Source of the DNA: Macrostomum lignano
Lineage: Eukaryota
Direction: 5' to 3'
Length of the DNA: 64,000 nt
Assembly (NCBI GenBank): GCA_002269645.1
Contig: NIVC01000778.1
Coordinates: forward strand, 380,235-444,234
A program made the translations under genes and the position numbers. Of the stretch, positions 25,587 to 38,779 are shown piece by piece. The notes beneath the pieces are model-generated. The model was not told the DNA's origin, did no database searches, and saw only the letters and a list, made by a program, of their open reading frames with translations. Position 1 is the first letter of the stretch, and every line of letters begins with the position of its first letter.

Positions 25587-28500
25587 TCAGTGCAGATGGT
25601 CGGTCTCGGCGTTCACCAAATCCTCGATGTCGCGGGCGTCTCTTGAACTCAGCGACACACATCGGCCGCATCGTCGATTGACGGCGTCGCCAGCGGTGGC
25701 GGCGGCGGCGGCCTCCGGGCAGGCGGCGGCGGCGGCATTCTCGGTCTCCTCGGAGAAGACGTAGCGATAGTCGGGCGAGTCGCGGAAATGATAGGCCTGC
25801 TGCTCGTGGCGCAGCACCCTGGCCAGCAACAGCCGCTCGCCGTAGGCAACGGCGTCGATGCGGTCCTGGCAGAGGCCGACTGACATCAGCCAGTCCACCA
25901 GAGCCTTGCCGCTGAACTCGCCTGCCTGGTGGTTGGCGCCGAACTTGCCGACGCTCAATCGGCTGCAGGAAAGCATTTGAGAATTGCTGTTGCTAACCGT
26001 ATCCAAGGTAAACCTTGCTTATAGAGCTTGCAGTGGTTGCTCACAAAATGATTAATATTTATATTCGTATCCAGGGTAAACCCTGCCGTTGCTATGGTGC
26101 TAACTTTGTTGTTAAGTCACTAATCTATAGTAACATTCATCCGTATCCACGGTAAATACTACCGTTGCTATGGCGCTGGCTTGGTTGCTAACAAAATCAG
26201 CAACCGTATCCAAGGTAACAAAACACGTTGCTAAGACGCTAATAATAATAGCCTCTTCTAATAGGCAGATGTGTAACCGACAGCTCAGCCGCAGCTATTG
26301 CGCAGCGCATCTGAAGCCTGCGTACGGCTGTTCAGTCCAAGGACTGGGGGGGGGGGGAGGGTCGCCACACACCCTCAGTTACCCCAGCTAATGCTGGCAC
26401 CCATTTTACAGCTGGGTGAACTGAAGCAATGTAGAGTTAAGTGTCTTGCCCAAGGACACAGATTGTTCCAGTGGGATCGGGAATCGAACCCCCGACCTAT
26501 CAGTCGCGAGTCCGACGCTCCAACCACAAGGCTGCAACCCGCTAAATTTAGTTTCCTTATTTATATGAATAATAAAGAGAAGCCGTCCAAAGCAACTCAC
26601 CGCCTGGAGAAGCGCATGGAGTGCAGACAGTGGTCCATATGATGCATGAGGAAGTTATCCCTAGTGCTGATAACGTGCTGATCCAGATGCGACTCAGGCG
26701 GCAGGTGAATTCGATCCTCATTGAACATCAGCATGCGCAGCCTGTTATTCATGTATAAAATTGGCAGCGGTTAACCAGCAATTCGGTCAGTTATAAAAAA
26801 GTCTGGGCCAGAACTCCTTACCGTCTGCACAGCCGGTCAATCCTGCGCGTTAGCAAGGGCAGCACGGTGTAGTCCCAGCCGAGCAGGCCCAGTATGAACA
26901 CGCCCTGGCCGTAGTTGAACACCGAATCGAGGAATTCCAATTCAATATAGACGCCGCTGACCTCCTCGTTGACTATGCGCCAGATGAGCAGGAACAGGCC
27001 GATGAGCATGCTCAGGGTGAACAGCAGCAGCATCAGCTGGTACCTGGCGAGGGGGGGGGCACTGACATTAGCACACATTCTAAACATGAGAATTGTAAAA
27101 CACCCACTAGAATTGTAAACACGCCCACTAGAATTGTAAACACACCCACTAGAATTGTAAACACACCCACTTGAATTGTAAACACACCCACTAGAATTGT
27201 AAACACACCCACTAGAATTGTAAAACACACCCACTCGAATTTTAAACACACCCACTAGATATGTAAACACACCCACTCGAATTGTAAACACACCTACTAG
27301 AATTTTAAACACACCCACTAGAATTGTAAACACACCCACTAGAATTGTAAACACACCCACTAGAATTGTAAACACACCCACTAGAATTGTAAACACACCC
27401 ACTAGAATTGTAAACACACCCACTAGAATTGTAAACACACCCACTAGAATCGTAAACACACCCACTAGAATCGTAAACACACCCACTAGAATTGTAAACA
27501 CACCCACTAGAATTGTAAACACACCCACTAGAATTGTAAACACACCCACTAGAATTGTAAACACACCCACTAGAATTGTAAACACACCCACTAGAATCGT
27601 AAACACACCCACTAGAATCGTAAACACACCCACTAGAATTGTAAACACACCCACTAGAATTGTAAACACACCCACTAGAATCGTAAACACACCCACTAGA
27701 ATCGTAAACACACCAACAAAATTATTAACAAACTTTAATTTATTCTAATCTAAACACCTAAAAATCCATAAATTCTAAACCCCAGCACTAGCATAGACAT
27801 AAAAGGACCATTTTGCCAGATAGCAACAATCACCTAGCCGTCAGGAATTCCTCATCTGGCGTCACAATCTCCTCCCGACGCAGTCGAGGACTTCGATGCC
27901 GATAATTCAATAGCTGTCTGGTACACCTGGCTCGCTCTTCGATCGATTGGCAGCCAACTGATTGGGAGCACATACGGCGGGACACATAGGCCGCATGCTG
28001 CTGCTGCAGGTGCCGCTCCATCGGGCCCGACTCGCCATTCTCCTATGATATTCAGCAGCGGTGCGCACATTTTCTTTTTATTTAAAGTAAAAAATGAATG
28101 CTATCTTACTATCAGTAGTCAGGCTCTAATGTTAGATAAATTCCGACTTCTATTAACAGCACAACAATGCGCGAGGCGTTTGAAGTTTTGTTGCAAACAC
28201 AAATTTGGGTGAGCAGTAGTAAGTAGCGCATTTTTTAGCCGGCATTGTTATGCAAAGTGACGCTAACTGTTTCAGATCACGATAAGCATTAAGATTAAAC
28301 ATCAAACTATTTTATTACACAGATACATGTCGATTTTATAATACAAACCAAAGGAATTTCTATTTATAGAAGCCATCAAGAGTTTCTTTTCCTATTTAAA
28401 TCCCTACCTTATTTGAGTTATTCCAAACCAAATATATAAAGCACTTGGTTTGTCACTAGTTCTATTGCTAATACTGTTATCCAATGTGCTTATATATATG

Positions 28501-31500
28501 CATAAAAAACTAATATTGTATTAGTATGTAAGTACTACACGTACTTTTATAAGCCACACACACACACACATAAAAAGACAACATGTGTTAAATTTTGTGT
28601 CGAAAATATAAATAAGCTTTGCATGCAAGGTAGTACTGTTGCCCAGTGGTATAGCGAGGTGCTCTGATGCGCCAGCGGCCCAGGCTCGATTCCAAGTGCA
28701 GTCACATTAATTTGGGGCTAAATTGGAATCTCGGCTTGGCTCTGCTCGTGCAATTAACGGCCTTGAGAGCCAACCTTCAAGGCACAGTGAAGTTTACATG
28801 CCTAACGATAAATAAAGTTAGGGCCGCTGTACACTCCTGTGTGAGTGTGTGCCTGTGCGTATGACTGCGTACGTATCCGCGCGCTTGTGTGCCTGCTCAG
28901 GGGAGTCGGCGGAATGGACAGCAATGCCTCTCGCCGGTTGAGTGACAATGTCGCTTAAAGTGCGCCTGGTTTTCTGCCCATTTTCCAGGTGTTCAGGCAT
29001 GTAGCATAGCCTTGAAATCAGGCTGATTGTACCGAATGGGAGTCAATTAAAACACTCTTTATACCGTAACAGTGCACACAATTAGCAATAAACTCGTGCA
29101 AACCATAAAAAAGCAAAACAAAACAGCTACAAAAAATGAAAACACAAACCAACACAATAACCAACCATCAACTTATTAATCTAATCTATCATTAATAGAT
29201 TCATATACAGGTGTATATAAATTACCGAATATTCGTCCGAATCGATGGCCGCATCGGGTGCGTCTGAGAACTTGATTATTTGATTAAAAAAAAATAAATC
29301 GGAATGAGGCAAATAAATATAGAGATCTTATATTGTAAAAATATCTGGATATGTATTTTTCTTTCTTTTTTCCTTTCTTACTCTCTTTGCCAATGACCCA
29401 GGGTTCGATTCCTGATGCAGTGTGTGAGTTGATGAGAGTCAGGGCCGTTGTACACCCTGATGTTTGCTCAGGGGTCGGCGGACTGGACATGACTGCTTAC
29501 CTTCTAGCTGGCTGTGGGGCATAAACAAACCCCCAAAACTCGGCCATAAACCAACTCCAAGACAAGACTCGGACATAAACTAACCCCAAAACTCGGCCAT
29601 AAACCAACTCCAAGACAAGACTCGGACATAAACTAACTCCAAGACTCGGCCATAAACCAACTCCAAGACAAGATTCGGACATAAACTAACCCGAGACTCG
29701 GCCATAAACCAACTCCAAGACAAGACTCGGACATAAACTAACCCGAGACTCGGCCATAAACCAACTCCAAGACAAGACTCGGACATAAACAACCCGAGAC
29801 TCGGCCATAAACCAACTCCAAGACAAGACTCGGACATAAACTAACCCGAGACTCGGCCATAAACCAACTCCAAGACAAGATTCGGACATAAACTAACCCG
29901 AGACTCGGCCATAAACCAACTCCAAGACAAGATTCGGACATAAACTAACCCGAGACTCGGCCATAAACCAACTCTAAGACAAGACTCGGGCATAAACTAA
30001 CCCGAGACTCGGCCATAAACCAACACAAGACCCTTGCTGCAGATCGACTTTTGCATTGAGTTTCGGCAGCGCCCAGAGCCCCTACCTTACCCTGCAAAAC
30101 TAACATGATGCCTGCCTTCGGGCTGATTATATATGCGTACTAACCTTTGCCGATGGTGCTTAACCTAATCTCAATTTTCAAGCCAATGCACAAGCCCCGT
30201 ACCAAAACTAAAAGTATTGACGCCCGTTAGTGTTGCCAGGCCAGACACTAAACCCAGAGCTGCATTGAGCATACAGGGCAAAGAGAACATCACCAAGCCT
30301 CTCTGCCTACCTGCACAGAGAATTCCGGCGATCCGATGCCGCTAGCCTCGCCGGCGTAGGAATCGTCGCCAAATGAGTTATCAGTTGACGCTGCCGGCAA
30401 ACCGTCGGCCTCTTCGTCGGAGGCTGGCAGGCTCTCGTAGCCAGGTCTTGGCTGGTAGCTCAGCCGGTGGTGCAGCACGAGGGAGGCCACGGTGCAGACT
30501 AGGCAGGGCACCAGCACGGCTGTTGTGAATATGTACTGTGTGGGTGCGGGTGGAGGGAGCGAATGACTATAATGCTAGAGGTAAGTAAGGGCCAGAATGA
30601 GATAACGAGCGTAGATATGGGTGGAAAAGAGAGGGAGAGGAAAGAAAGGTGTAGAGGGGAGGGAGAGGAGGGAAAGGGGTAGAGGGGAGGGAGAGGGGGA
30701 AATGTGTAGAGGGGAGGGAGAGGGGGAAAGGTGTAGAGGGGAGGGAGAGGGGGAAAGGGGTAGAGGGGAGGGAGAGGAGGGAAAGGGGTAGAGGGGAGGG
30801 AGAGGAGGGAAAGGGGTAGAGGGGAGGGAGAGGAGGGAAAGGGGTAGAGGGGAGGGAGAGGAGGGAAAGGGGTAGAGGGGATGGAGAGGAGGGAAAGGGG
30901 TAGAGGGGAGGGAGAGGAGGGAAAGGGGTAGAGAGGAGGGAGAGGAGGGAAAGGGGTAGAGGGGAGGGAGAGGAGGGAAAGGGTAGAGGGGAGGGAGAGG
31001 AGGGAAAGGGGTAGAGAGGAGGGAGAGGAGGGAAAGGGGTAGAGGGGAGGGAGAGGAGGGAAAGGTGTAGAGGGGAGGGAGAGGAGGGAAAGGGGTAGAG
31101 GGGAGGGAGAGGAGGGAAAGGGGTAGAGGGGAGGGAGAGGAGGGAAAGGTGTAGAGGGGAGGGAGAGGAGGGAAAGGGGTAGAGGGGAGGGAGAGGAGGG
31201 AAAGGTGTAGAGGGGAGGGAGAGGAGAGAAAGGGGCAGAGAGGAGGGAGAGAAGGGGGTAGAGGGGAGAGAAAGAGACAGAGGGACGTAAAGGTTGTAGA
31301 GGAAGGCAGAGAAAAAAGGGGTAGATGATTTGATAAAATAAAGGACAGAACATTAGAAGCTAAATAACTGCATGATTAAGTACACATGATACCTGTCGCT
31401 TGCCGAACTGAAATGCAGGATCAACATCCTTAACGGGACCAGCATTGGTAGTGGAAATCAGCATGATGCCCGCCAGAAATGTAGTCAGCCTTAAGATTGG

Positions 31501-34500
31501 GAACGGGGGGATTTGGATAATAATCTCCATAATTTACATGTAGCAACTGAATAATGTATTTAAACTTTTAACTAAATTCGACTAGAAACGCTGACAGACT
31601 TCCTTCCTTGCACTCTCGGGGATTAATGATAAAATGGGGATTTAATGTCAGCTTAAGGCTTTCCGTGTGTTTTTCCACCATAAACCTAGCCCGAGACTCG
31701 GCAATAAACTAATTCTAGACTCGGCCATAAAACAACCAGAGACCCGAGACTCGGCCAGAAACTAACCCGAGACTCGCCCATAAACCTAATCTGAGACTCG
31801 GCTATAAACCAACCCCAAGACTCGGCCATAAAACAACTCCAACACAAGACTCGGCCATGAACCAACTCCAACCAAAGACTCGGCCATAAAACAACTCCAA
31901 CCTCAAGAATCGGCCATAAACCAACTCCAACCCCAAGACTCGGCCATAAACCAACTCCAACCCCAAGACTCGGCCATAAAACAACTCCAACCCCAATAAT
32001 CGGCCATAAACCAACCCCAAGACTGGGCTATAAAACAACCCCAAGACTGGGCCATAAACCAACCCCGAGACTGGGCCATAAACCAACCCCGAGACTGGGC
32101 CATAAACCAACCCCGAGACTGGGCCATAAACCAACCCCAAGACTGGGCCATAAACCAACCCCGAGACTGGGCCATAAACCAACCCCGAGACTGGGCCATA
32201 AACCAACCCCGAGACTGGGCCATAAACCAACCCCCTGCTGCTGCATTTAGTCGAGAACAGCCTGAAGTTAAGTCGACATTCCACAAGTAACAATAAATAG
32301 CACTCACCCAAATCCGGTAAAGAAAAAGTACGCCTTGTACTTCAGTACATAGCACAGTCCGCGCATTCGCAGTAGTAGCATGGATACGGCTAGCACGGCT
32401 GTCCAAATTCTAGTGCCAACAACGCCAAAGAAGAAGGCAACAAATTGTAGAAGATTAAGCTGATGACGAGAAGGATCCTGCGGTAAAGCCTGGGACACTA
32501 CCATGGCCAGACAGGTGACACAGTGACAAGCTAACAGGCTGAGCAAGAACAGATGAGGCACCCGAAATGCTCGCCTACTTAATAATAAATAAGCTAGAGT
32601 GACAAGTTGACAAGCCAAGCTAACCAAGCTGACATTGATTGACGTGTGAGAAATGAACTGTTCATAGTCTGTTGGCGACATAATCGGCAGCAGAATCAGC
32701 CGAGACGAGATGTACATAAGCGGAGCGCACAGGAATGTACTAGAGACTAGGCCGGAAGCTACTAGTTCCGGTGCCGGACTAGCGATGGAGAACTGGGCAG
32801 TATAGACGAACACAGTTGGAGCCGGTGGCAGGGCGCCATAGAGGAAGGCAAAGGTTGAGTAGGCCAGAGTATCGTTAGCATAGACACCAGGCCTGAAGCT
32901 CTGCACTAACTCTCTCATAACAAATGGCGCTATAAGCAATTTAATAATGAGAATTAGCATTAGTCCGAATAGCAGAGACCCGGATCGCAGCTGGGCAGTT
33001 TTTCCAACCATATTAACGCCCAAATAGAATAGTGCTGTAGCGCTGAACGCATTGCCAAATATGGATAACACAGAGTCCACTATCTCTGGCAGGCGTCTGG
33101 AGCAGATGAAATTGAATATGACGCCAAGAGCGGACATGAATACTAACGGGTTGAGTAGGACGCCTTTGGCAATGTCGCCTAGCACATCTAAGCAGCGCTG
33201 CCGATTGTTAGTCTCTGGCTGGCTGGACTCTTTAACAGCAGCGCAATCGCTATTGGCTGCCAGTTGTCCGGGCTCAGAGCCGGACAGCTGGTCATCAGCT
33301 GCTGCTCCAGCACTTGCCGCTGACAGAGCCCGGTCAATCTCGATCATTATGAAACCAATTGGATTGATAATCAGGAATGAGATTGGAGCGAACAGGTACA
33401 GGTAGCGGGTTATTGACGGGAACAGGATGTTCACTGAAATGCAGAGTGGGTGGGCGCGGAAGCGTGTGTTTTATGCGGCTGCTCTCTTGGGAACAAATGG
33501 GGATTAATTTTTGGAATAGTGGCTCCAGCTGGGAATTCGTGAGGTTGGTGGCCCAGCAGCTGAGGATCTGGGAGGCTGGCCCAGCAGCTGAGGATCTGGG
33601 AGGCCGGTTCAGCAACTGAGGATCTGGGAGGCTGGCCCAGCAGCTGAGGATCTGGGAGGCTGGCCCAGCAACTGAGGATCTAGGAGGCTGGCTGGCCCAG
33701 CAACTGAGGATCTGGGAGGCTGGCCCAGCAGCTGAGGATCTGGGAGGCTGGCCCAGCAGCTGAGGATCTGGGAGGCTGGCCCAGCAGCTGAGGATCTAGG
33801 AGGCTGGCCCAGCAACTGAGGATCTAGGAGGCTGGCTGGCCCAGCAACTGAGGATCTCGGAGGCTGGCCCAGCAACTGAGAATCTGGGAGGCTGGCCCAG
33901 CAGCTGAGGATCTGAGAGTCTGGCCGAGCAACTGAGGATCTGGGAGGCTGGCCCAGCAACTGAGGATCTGAGAGGCTGGCCCAGTAACTGAAGATCTGAG
34001 AGGCTGGCCCAGTAACTGAGGATCTGAGAGGCTGGCCCAGCAACTGAGGATCTGGGGTGTTGGCCCAGCAAGTGAGAGGCTGGCCCAGCAACTGAGGATC
34101 TGGGAGGGTGGCCCAGCAGTTGAAGATCTAGGAGGCTGGTCCAGCAACTGAGGATCTGGGAGGCGGTGGCCCAGCAACAGGTGTGGCCATTAGCTCACAT
34201 ATAGGATAGCCCAGCGCGAAATCGTTAGTCTGAGTGCAGAAGATGCCCAGTATGCCGGCAATCGCCAGCCGGTGCTCGGAGGCCAGCAGGAAGCTGAACA
34301 GCGCCACAGAGGCGAACACCAGAACTTTAGTAGCCAGAATGGAGCCTAGAAAGGCCCAGCTAACACCTGACAAATCTATTGTAACCATAAATCTAAATAT
34401 AAGCGACGGCAATGCAAAAGTGCTAACGAAACGGCCAAGGCCTTTGGCTTGACTCTCCGGCAGTAGGCCGGTGCGACAGGCGGCGTAGCCGGTGAGGATG

Positions 34501-34589
34501 ACCACGAAGCACTGGACAATGGCGGGGAACAGGTGGTCCATGACGCCGCCGCCAGCCCCGGCCGGGATGCTGGCGTTTGTGGAGAACAT
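25587..34589 (-). CDS. GPR155: GPR155/LYCHOS homolog (PIN-like transporter domain, GPCR-like TM domain, DEP domain), 8 exons
   Basis: Phase-consistent exons 34199-34589, 32308-33433, 31393-31489, 30311-30535, 27834-28042, 26822-27061, 26601-26741, 25587-25962. Motifs LFPAIVQCF, FALPSLIF, QTNDFALGYPI, LPPAPTVFVY, DPAFQFGKRQ, YIELEFLDSVFNYGQG, and DEP FSGKALVDWLMSVGL..AVAYGERLL. Confidence 0.93.
26240..26542 (-). mobile_element. tRNA-derived SINE (family 1), second copy
   Basis: Reverse complement of 12824-13132 with high similarity, including B box GGTTCGATTCC and (ATT)n tail. Confidence 0.85.
27093..27715. repeat. 21-bp minisatellite (AATTGTAAACACACCCACTAG)n
   Basis: Directly visible, intronic in GPR155. 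Confidence 0.97.
28641..28950 (+). mobile_element. Probable tRNA-derived SINE (family 2)
   Basis: A-box-like GCCCAGTGGTATAGCG and B-box-like GGCTCGATTCC. Shares AGGGCCG.TGTACAC.CCTG...TGCTCAGGG...GTCGGCGGA.TGGACA with 29395-29495. Confidence 0.55.
29395..29495 (+). mobile_element. Short or deleted copy of SINE family 2
   Basis: GGTTCGATTCC followed by the same blocks as 28641-28950. Confidence 0.5.
29520..30030. repeat. Minisatellite with ~52-bp dimeric unit built on CTCGGCCATAAACCAAC
   Basis: Directly visible. Confidence 0.95.
30640..31280. repeat. Purine-rich 28-bp minisatellite (GAGGGGAGGGAGAGGAGGGAAAGGGGTA)n
   Basis: Directly visible. Confidence 0.95.
31680..32232. repeat. 21/27-bp minisatellite of the CTCGGCCATAAACCAAC family
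   Basis: Directly visible. Same core as 29520-30030. Confidence 0.93.
33540..34175. repeat. 28-bp minisatellite (GGCTGGCCCAGCAACTGAGGATCTGGGA)n
   Basis: Directly visible. It fills GPR155 intron 1. Confidence 0.96.
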
Positions 34590-35209
34590 TCTAGCACAAC
34601 CGCGAGATTTTAAATCAACTGCACTACTGTCAGTAGCTGTGTAGAAAGCAGCGATGAAATTGTGGGCTGAAATTTTTTATAAAAAGAATAGTCGAAGCTT
34701 TATACTACTTAGTAAGTAGCTTAAAATACAATATTTTGTAAGATCGGAAACATTTGCAATACGAAACACTATCACAATATCTCTTATAAATTCTACATAC
34801 ATGATCATTTGTGGCAGTGTCTATGCTTGTACTACGTACTAAGTACTGGTGGGTTAAAGTACAGATATACGTACTTTTAGACTAGAAACAATTTCAAACG
34901 AATTTCAATTAATGGAAATTGCCCAGCTCGTTAAGTATCAGGGGGGAATGGGAGAGTGGCCAAGGAGTTTTGCGCGTCGGCAGCCAGCCTATTACAAGTT
35001 AAGCAGAGTTGGTCACGGTTAGTACGCAGCTAAAGAGTGACAAATTAAACTGAGAATTTGTAACAGAAATAATTAAGAAAGTCCAACACATATTGATGCT
35101 TGCTGATTGAAATGCTCAAAAGCTAATGAACTTTTATTGAGCCTATGAAATCTATACAAATAACTTCACTCAAATTATGTGTAATAACCATAACTGGTGA
35201 ATGAACGAA

Positions 35210-35533
35210 TCAGTCTTTCTTTTGCCGATTAAAATACGGAGTATGCTTAGAATCTTTGCCGCGCAGTTTTCTAAGCCGGTCCATCTCCTCCTGGAAGTCC
35301 CGGTACTCGTCCCTGAACACGCCCATAGAGCGCAGGCTGCGGAATATCGAGCTGAAGCTGTCCAGCGGCGGGTACCAGCCAGCCCGCTGCCGGCCCCACG
35401 GCTCCGCCATCAGTCGCCTGGCTACATTGCGATCCTGAGAAGACGTTGGCCGAGCGAAGTCAACAAAAATTCGGCCAGACAGATAGGCCATCCGTTTCAT
35501 GTAATTGCTGCTGCTTGCCGCTTTTTGGGCCAT
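35210..35533 (-). CDS. MRPS33: Mitochondrial ribosomal protein S33, 107 aa, single coding exon
   Basis: YMKRMAYLSGRIF..ARPT..WYPP..LRSMGVFRDEYRDFQEEMDRLRKLRGK matches the mS33 signature. Confidence 0.92.
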   Translation of the reverse strand: MAQKAASSSNYMKRMAYLSGRIFVDFARPTSSQDRNVARRLMAEPWGRQRAGWYPPLDSFSSIFRSLRSMGVFRDEYRDFQEEMDRLRKLRGKDSKHTPYFNRQKKD

Positions 35534-36389
35534 TGCTGTTGCTTCTAGTAGAGCATGCAAACAATGCATAATGCATAATGTACTTTCAAGTGTTAATCGC
35601 AGCACTACAATCAGTGTTGCTACAGGCATTTGAAAAAAAATAGACGCAGCCGATAAAAAAAAACGCAGGCAGTACTAAAAATTATAATGAAGCTCAGAAC
35701 TACTCTATTGTACATTCATGCCTCTGCCCTGCCTACGTGGGTGTGCTCTGTGTTTTTGCATATGTACACGGCACCGTGTAAAGCAACAATTTTCTTAACA
35801 AATCCGAAGCCTGCTGTCCTTAATTTTTAGATGCGAACTGCTAGTACATTACATGTTAGATGCCAGTCAGTAGCTAATACAAGTATTAAGAAGCTGTTCT
35901 CGAGTTGCACAACTGCAGGCTGTACCCTTGTCTGTTGAGCAAATAATGATGAACGACATCAAGGAGTTCGAGGAACAAATTTACATTGCACTATTAGTAG
36001 AATACAGAGAAATGATCTAGGCCCTGAAACATCCTAGCACTGTGCCCTGGATCACATACAACTATACTGTATAAATGCACACAAGTGACTAGCAGCCCTA
36101 GGATGATTAACAACAAGATACATTAGCAACGAAACATGTTCTTATATCTAATGCATAATAGAAAATCACGACGATGCTGAGCAATACGATAGTAAAAAGG
36201 CTGAGAGTACATCAGTACATTTTATTCCAAAATCAACACGGCTACCAGCCAACCAGCAGATGTCATAAATGGTCACATGCAAAAATTTATGTATTTCCTC
36301 TTTAATCAGCAGCGGCCAGCGAGTGCACAAAAATTGGCCGATGGATATTGGCTAACAGACAAACTAGGATACGCAACTTATCCTGCACT

Positions 36390-36752
36390 TATTGGGTTGT
36401 CCAGAAAGTTCTGTCCGATTTTTTCACATGGTCTAACTTCCTTATACTAAAACTTACTTATCTATTATCCATTGTTGTTCATATTTGCCTATTAGCAATA
36501 TGTTACTCACCTTTCTACCACCACCTGCATCTAACTGAAAGTTGCTTCTTTCCAGCAAAGAATGGCACATGATAATGAGCACCTTTTGCACTGCTTGCTC
36601 TATCTATCTATTCCGCGCCATTGACCGGCATCTGCAAGGCAAGAGCTTCAACAACGAACTGGCCCTCATCTCGGAGATCGGCAACTTTTTCGACTCGATG
36701 AACATTTGTATAAAAAAATGGACAGAACTTTCTAGACATTGGACAACCTATA
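36390..36752 (+). mobile_element. Mariner deletion derivative nested in the hAT element
   Basis: Imperfect TIRs TTGGGTTGTCCAGAAAGTTCTGTCC / GGACAGAACTTTCT..GGACAACC flanked by TA. Internal YLFRAIDRHLQGKSFNNE..IGNFFDS resembles the mariner transposase C-terminus. Confidence 0.78.
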
Positions 36753-37317
36753 CATATAAGAGCAACAGTGAGTACGTATACGTGCAATATGTGTATCTCG
36801 ATCGATAGCCGATGCAAACATACATGGAAACAGCACGACAACAACAATGCAACAACTTGAAGAATAAATGTAAAAATTCATGTCATCTGTTACTCTTTCA
36901 GTTCTCACTGTCTCTACCCTCTCAGTCACTCAAAGAGCAAGATTGCGAGCATAGCTGTTCGTAATAAAATGCATGTAAAATAAAACTGATGCCTAGATCA
37001 TGCCTGGATGCATCTTTGTTGCAAACCCTGTATCCCCATATGCAGTGTTTGGCAAAGTTCATTTTTGGAAAAGTTCAATTCATTTTTAAAATGATATTGA
37101 AAGAATAGCAGAATGAGATCATTTTTAACTGTTTGGCAGTAGAATGAGGTAAAGAAATGGTTGTTACTCGAGCATGACTGACCAAGTAGGAAATGCCCTT
37201 GCATAAAGTTCAAAAGTTCGTTGTACGAAAGTTCCTTTTTCGTGAACTTGCCCAACACTGCCTATCTATTTATGTCTATGTAAGCCCAAAAATCATTGTT
37301 ACCAAAAGTTACCGGCG

Positions 37318-37860
37318 TCACTTTTTGAAATAACTGGCGATGGTAGACTCGGTCGCCTTCTCCTCCAACTTTCTCTTTTTCTCTTTGAGGCCCTCAGTCT
37401 CCTTCTCCAGTGTCTTGCGCTCAATCGCTAGGGCAGCTACCTGTCGCTGATATTCGTCAAGCATTGCGGCAGCTCTGTCCGCTTGCGCATCTACCTCCAG
37501 TCTCCTCTTCCGTATGCTCTCCTCCTTTGCCTGCAACTGTGCAGAGTGTGTTGCCTTCTTAATTTCCTGTGCAATTTCTACTGCCAACTCTCTCTCCTTT
37601 GCCAACTTCTTCTGCTTCTCCTCATTCTCCTCCCGCTGCCGCTCCAGGTGCTGCTTCCAGCTGTGCCGAGCATGAAAGCCTGCGTTGATGTACGCGTCAT
37701 TGAAGTGAAACGTTTCACAAGTCAAACCGGTCGACTTTAGGAAACCTCGGGTAAGCAGACAGCCATCTATGGTGCGGATGTCCAGATTGCTTCTTTTCTT
37801 TGAAAAAAGGTCTGTAAGATCGGCAAACACACGCTCCACTGCCGCATTGCCACTTAAGTC
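37318..37860 (-). pseudogene. C-terminal fragment of a hAT-like transposase (dimerisation region plus coiled coil)
   Basis: SGNAAVERVFADL..KKRSNL resembles the hAT dimerisation motif, followed by a charged coiled-coil tail. It sits inside the TIR-bounded element. Confidence 0.7.
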
Positions 37861-38779
37861 ACCAACAAAACAGCTAGCAAGTAAAAACGCAGAATGAAAA
37901 AAAACGCAGAAAAAAACGCACAAACGCAGATTTTTCAAAGAAAAAACGCAGCTGCGTTAAAAACGCAGCCTGTAGCAACACTGACTACAATCATAGCTGG
38001 GCTACCCCCTCAAATAGGTTTTTCCCAGTTATACCCGATTTACAGAATTGAAGGATTATAAATAAATGGTTATTGTCCAATTGCCAAGACAATTAAGACA
38101 AGATAATAAAACATTCGTCTGACACTTATTCTAGTTGTTCAACAATATTAAAAAATTAAAGATAGACATTTATTCTAAGGAAGAATAGCAAATACTACAC
38201 TGGAGACCCAACACTTCCATTTCTATCCTATGCTTATTTACACTGTAAACTGTTAAGGTCTACAGAGGGTCAGAAGATATAAAATTTCAAATATAGACCC
38301 TAAGCTGTTTGGGTTTATAAACTAAATTCATTATTTAAATATGAACTAATTATTGCTTACACAACCATTACTTGATTCATTTCTTTACCATATATTACCA
38401 ATCTTCCGTAAATTTCTGTTGCACCTGCTAGTGCTACTAAAACAGCCTACATGTTCATATTTTAATAATAATTAACCTTTCATTTTCAAATAAAGAAGTT
38501 TCTTTTTCTTACTATTTGTTACTTAATAAATTGTAAATCACTTGGAAAACCTTTCTGCGTCAGCTGAGAAAATGGAAAGCCAAAGACAGTGCATTATGAA
38601 GTTTGTTGTTGTAAAAAAGTGCAAAACTCCTTTATGTTCTGTGTTAATGTTAATGGATTAATGCATATTAATCATTATCAGTTACCATAGCAAACTTAGG
38701 AATTAATAAGTTAAGACTTTTTTAATTCTAACACATTTGCCATTAATGGAAGTTAAGATTATCATTAATAGTGCCCGAC

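Larger units (their letters stand above)
35612..37983 (-). mobile_element. Internally deleted hAT transposon, 2372 bp
   Basis: Perfect 16-bp TIR CAGTGTTGCTACAGGC / GCCTGTAGCAACACTG and perfect 8-bp TSD ACTACAAT (35604-35611 and 37984-37991). AAAACGCA subterminal repeats at both ends. Confidence 0.93.

Noticed and set aside
25985-26235. Four degenerate ~70-bp repeats containing CGTATCCA.GGTAA
   Set aside because: Real but short and intronic, with no evidence of function or of element boundaries.
32232-32272. Apparent small GPR155 exon after AACTTCAG
   Set aside because: It runs into a minisatellite and does not resemble GPR155. The exon at 31393-31489 has the right phase and sequence.
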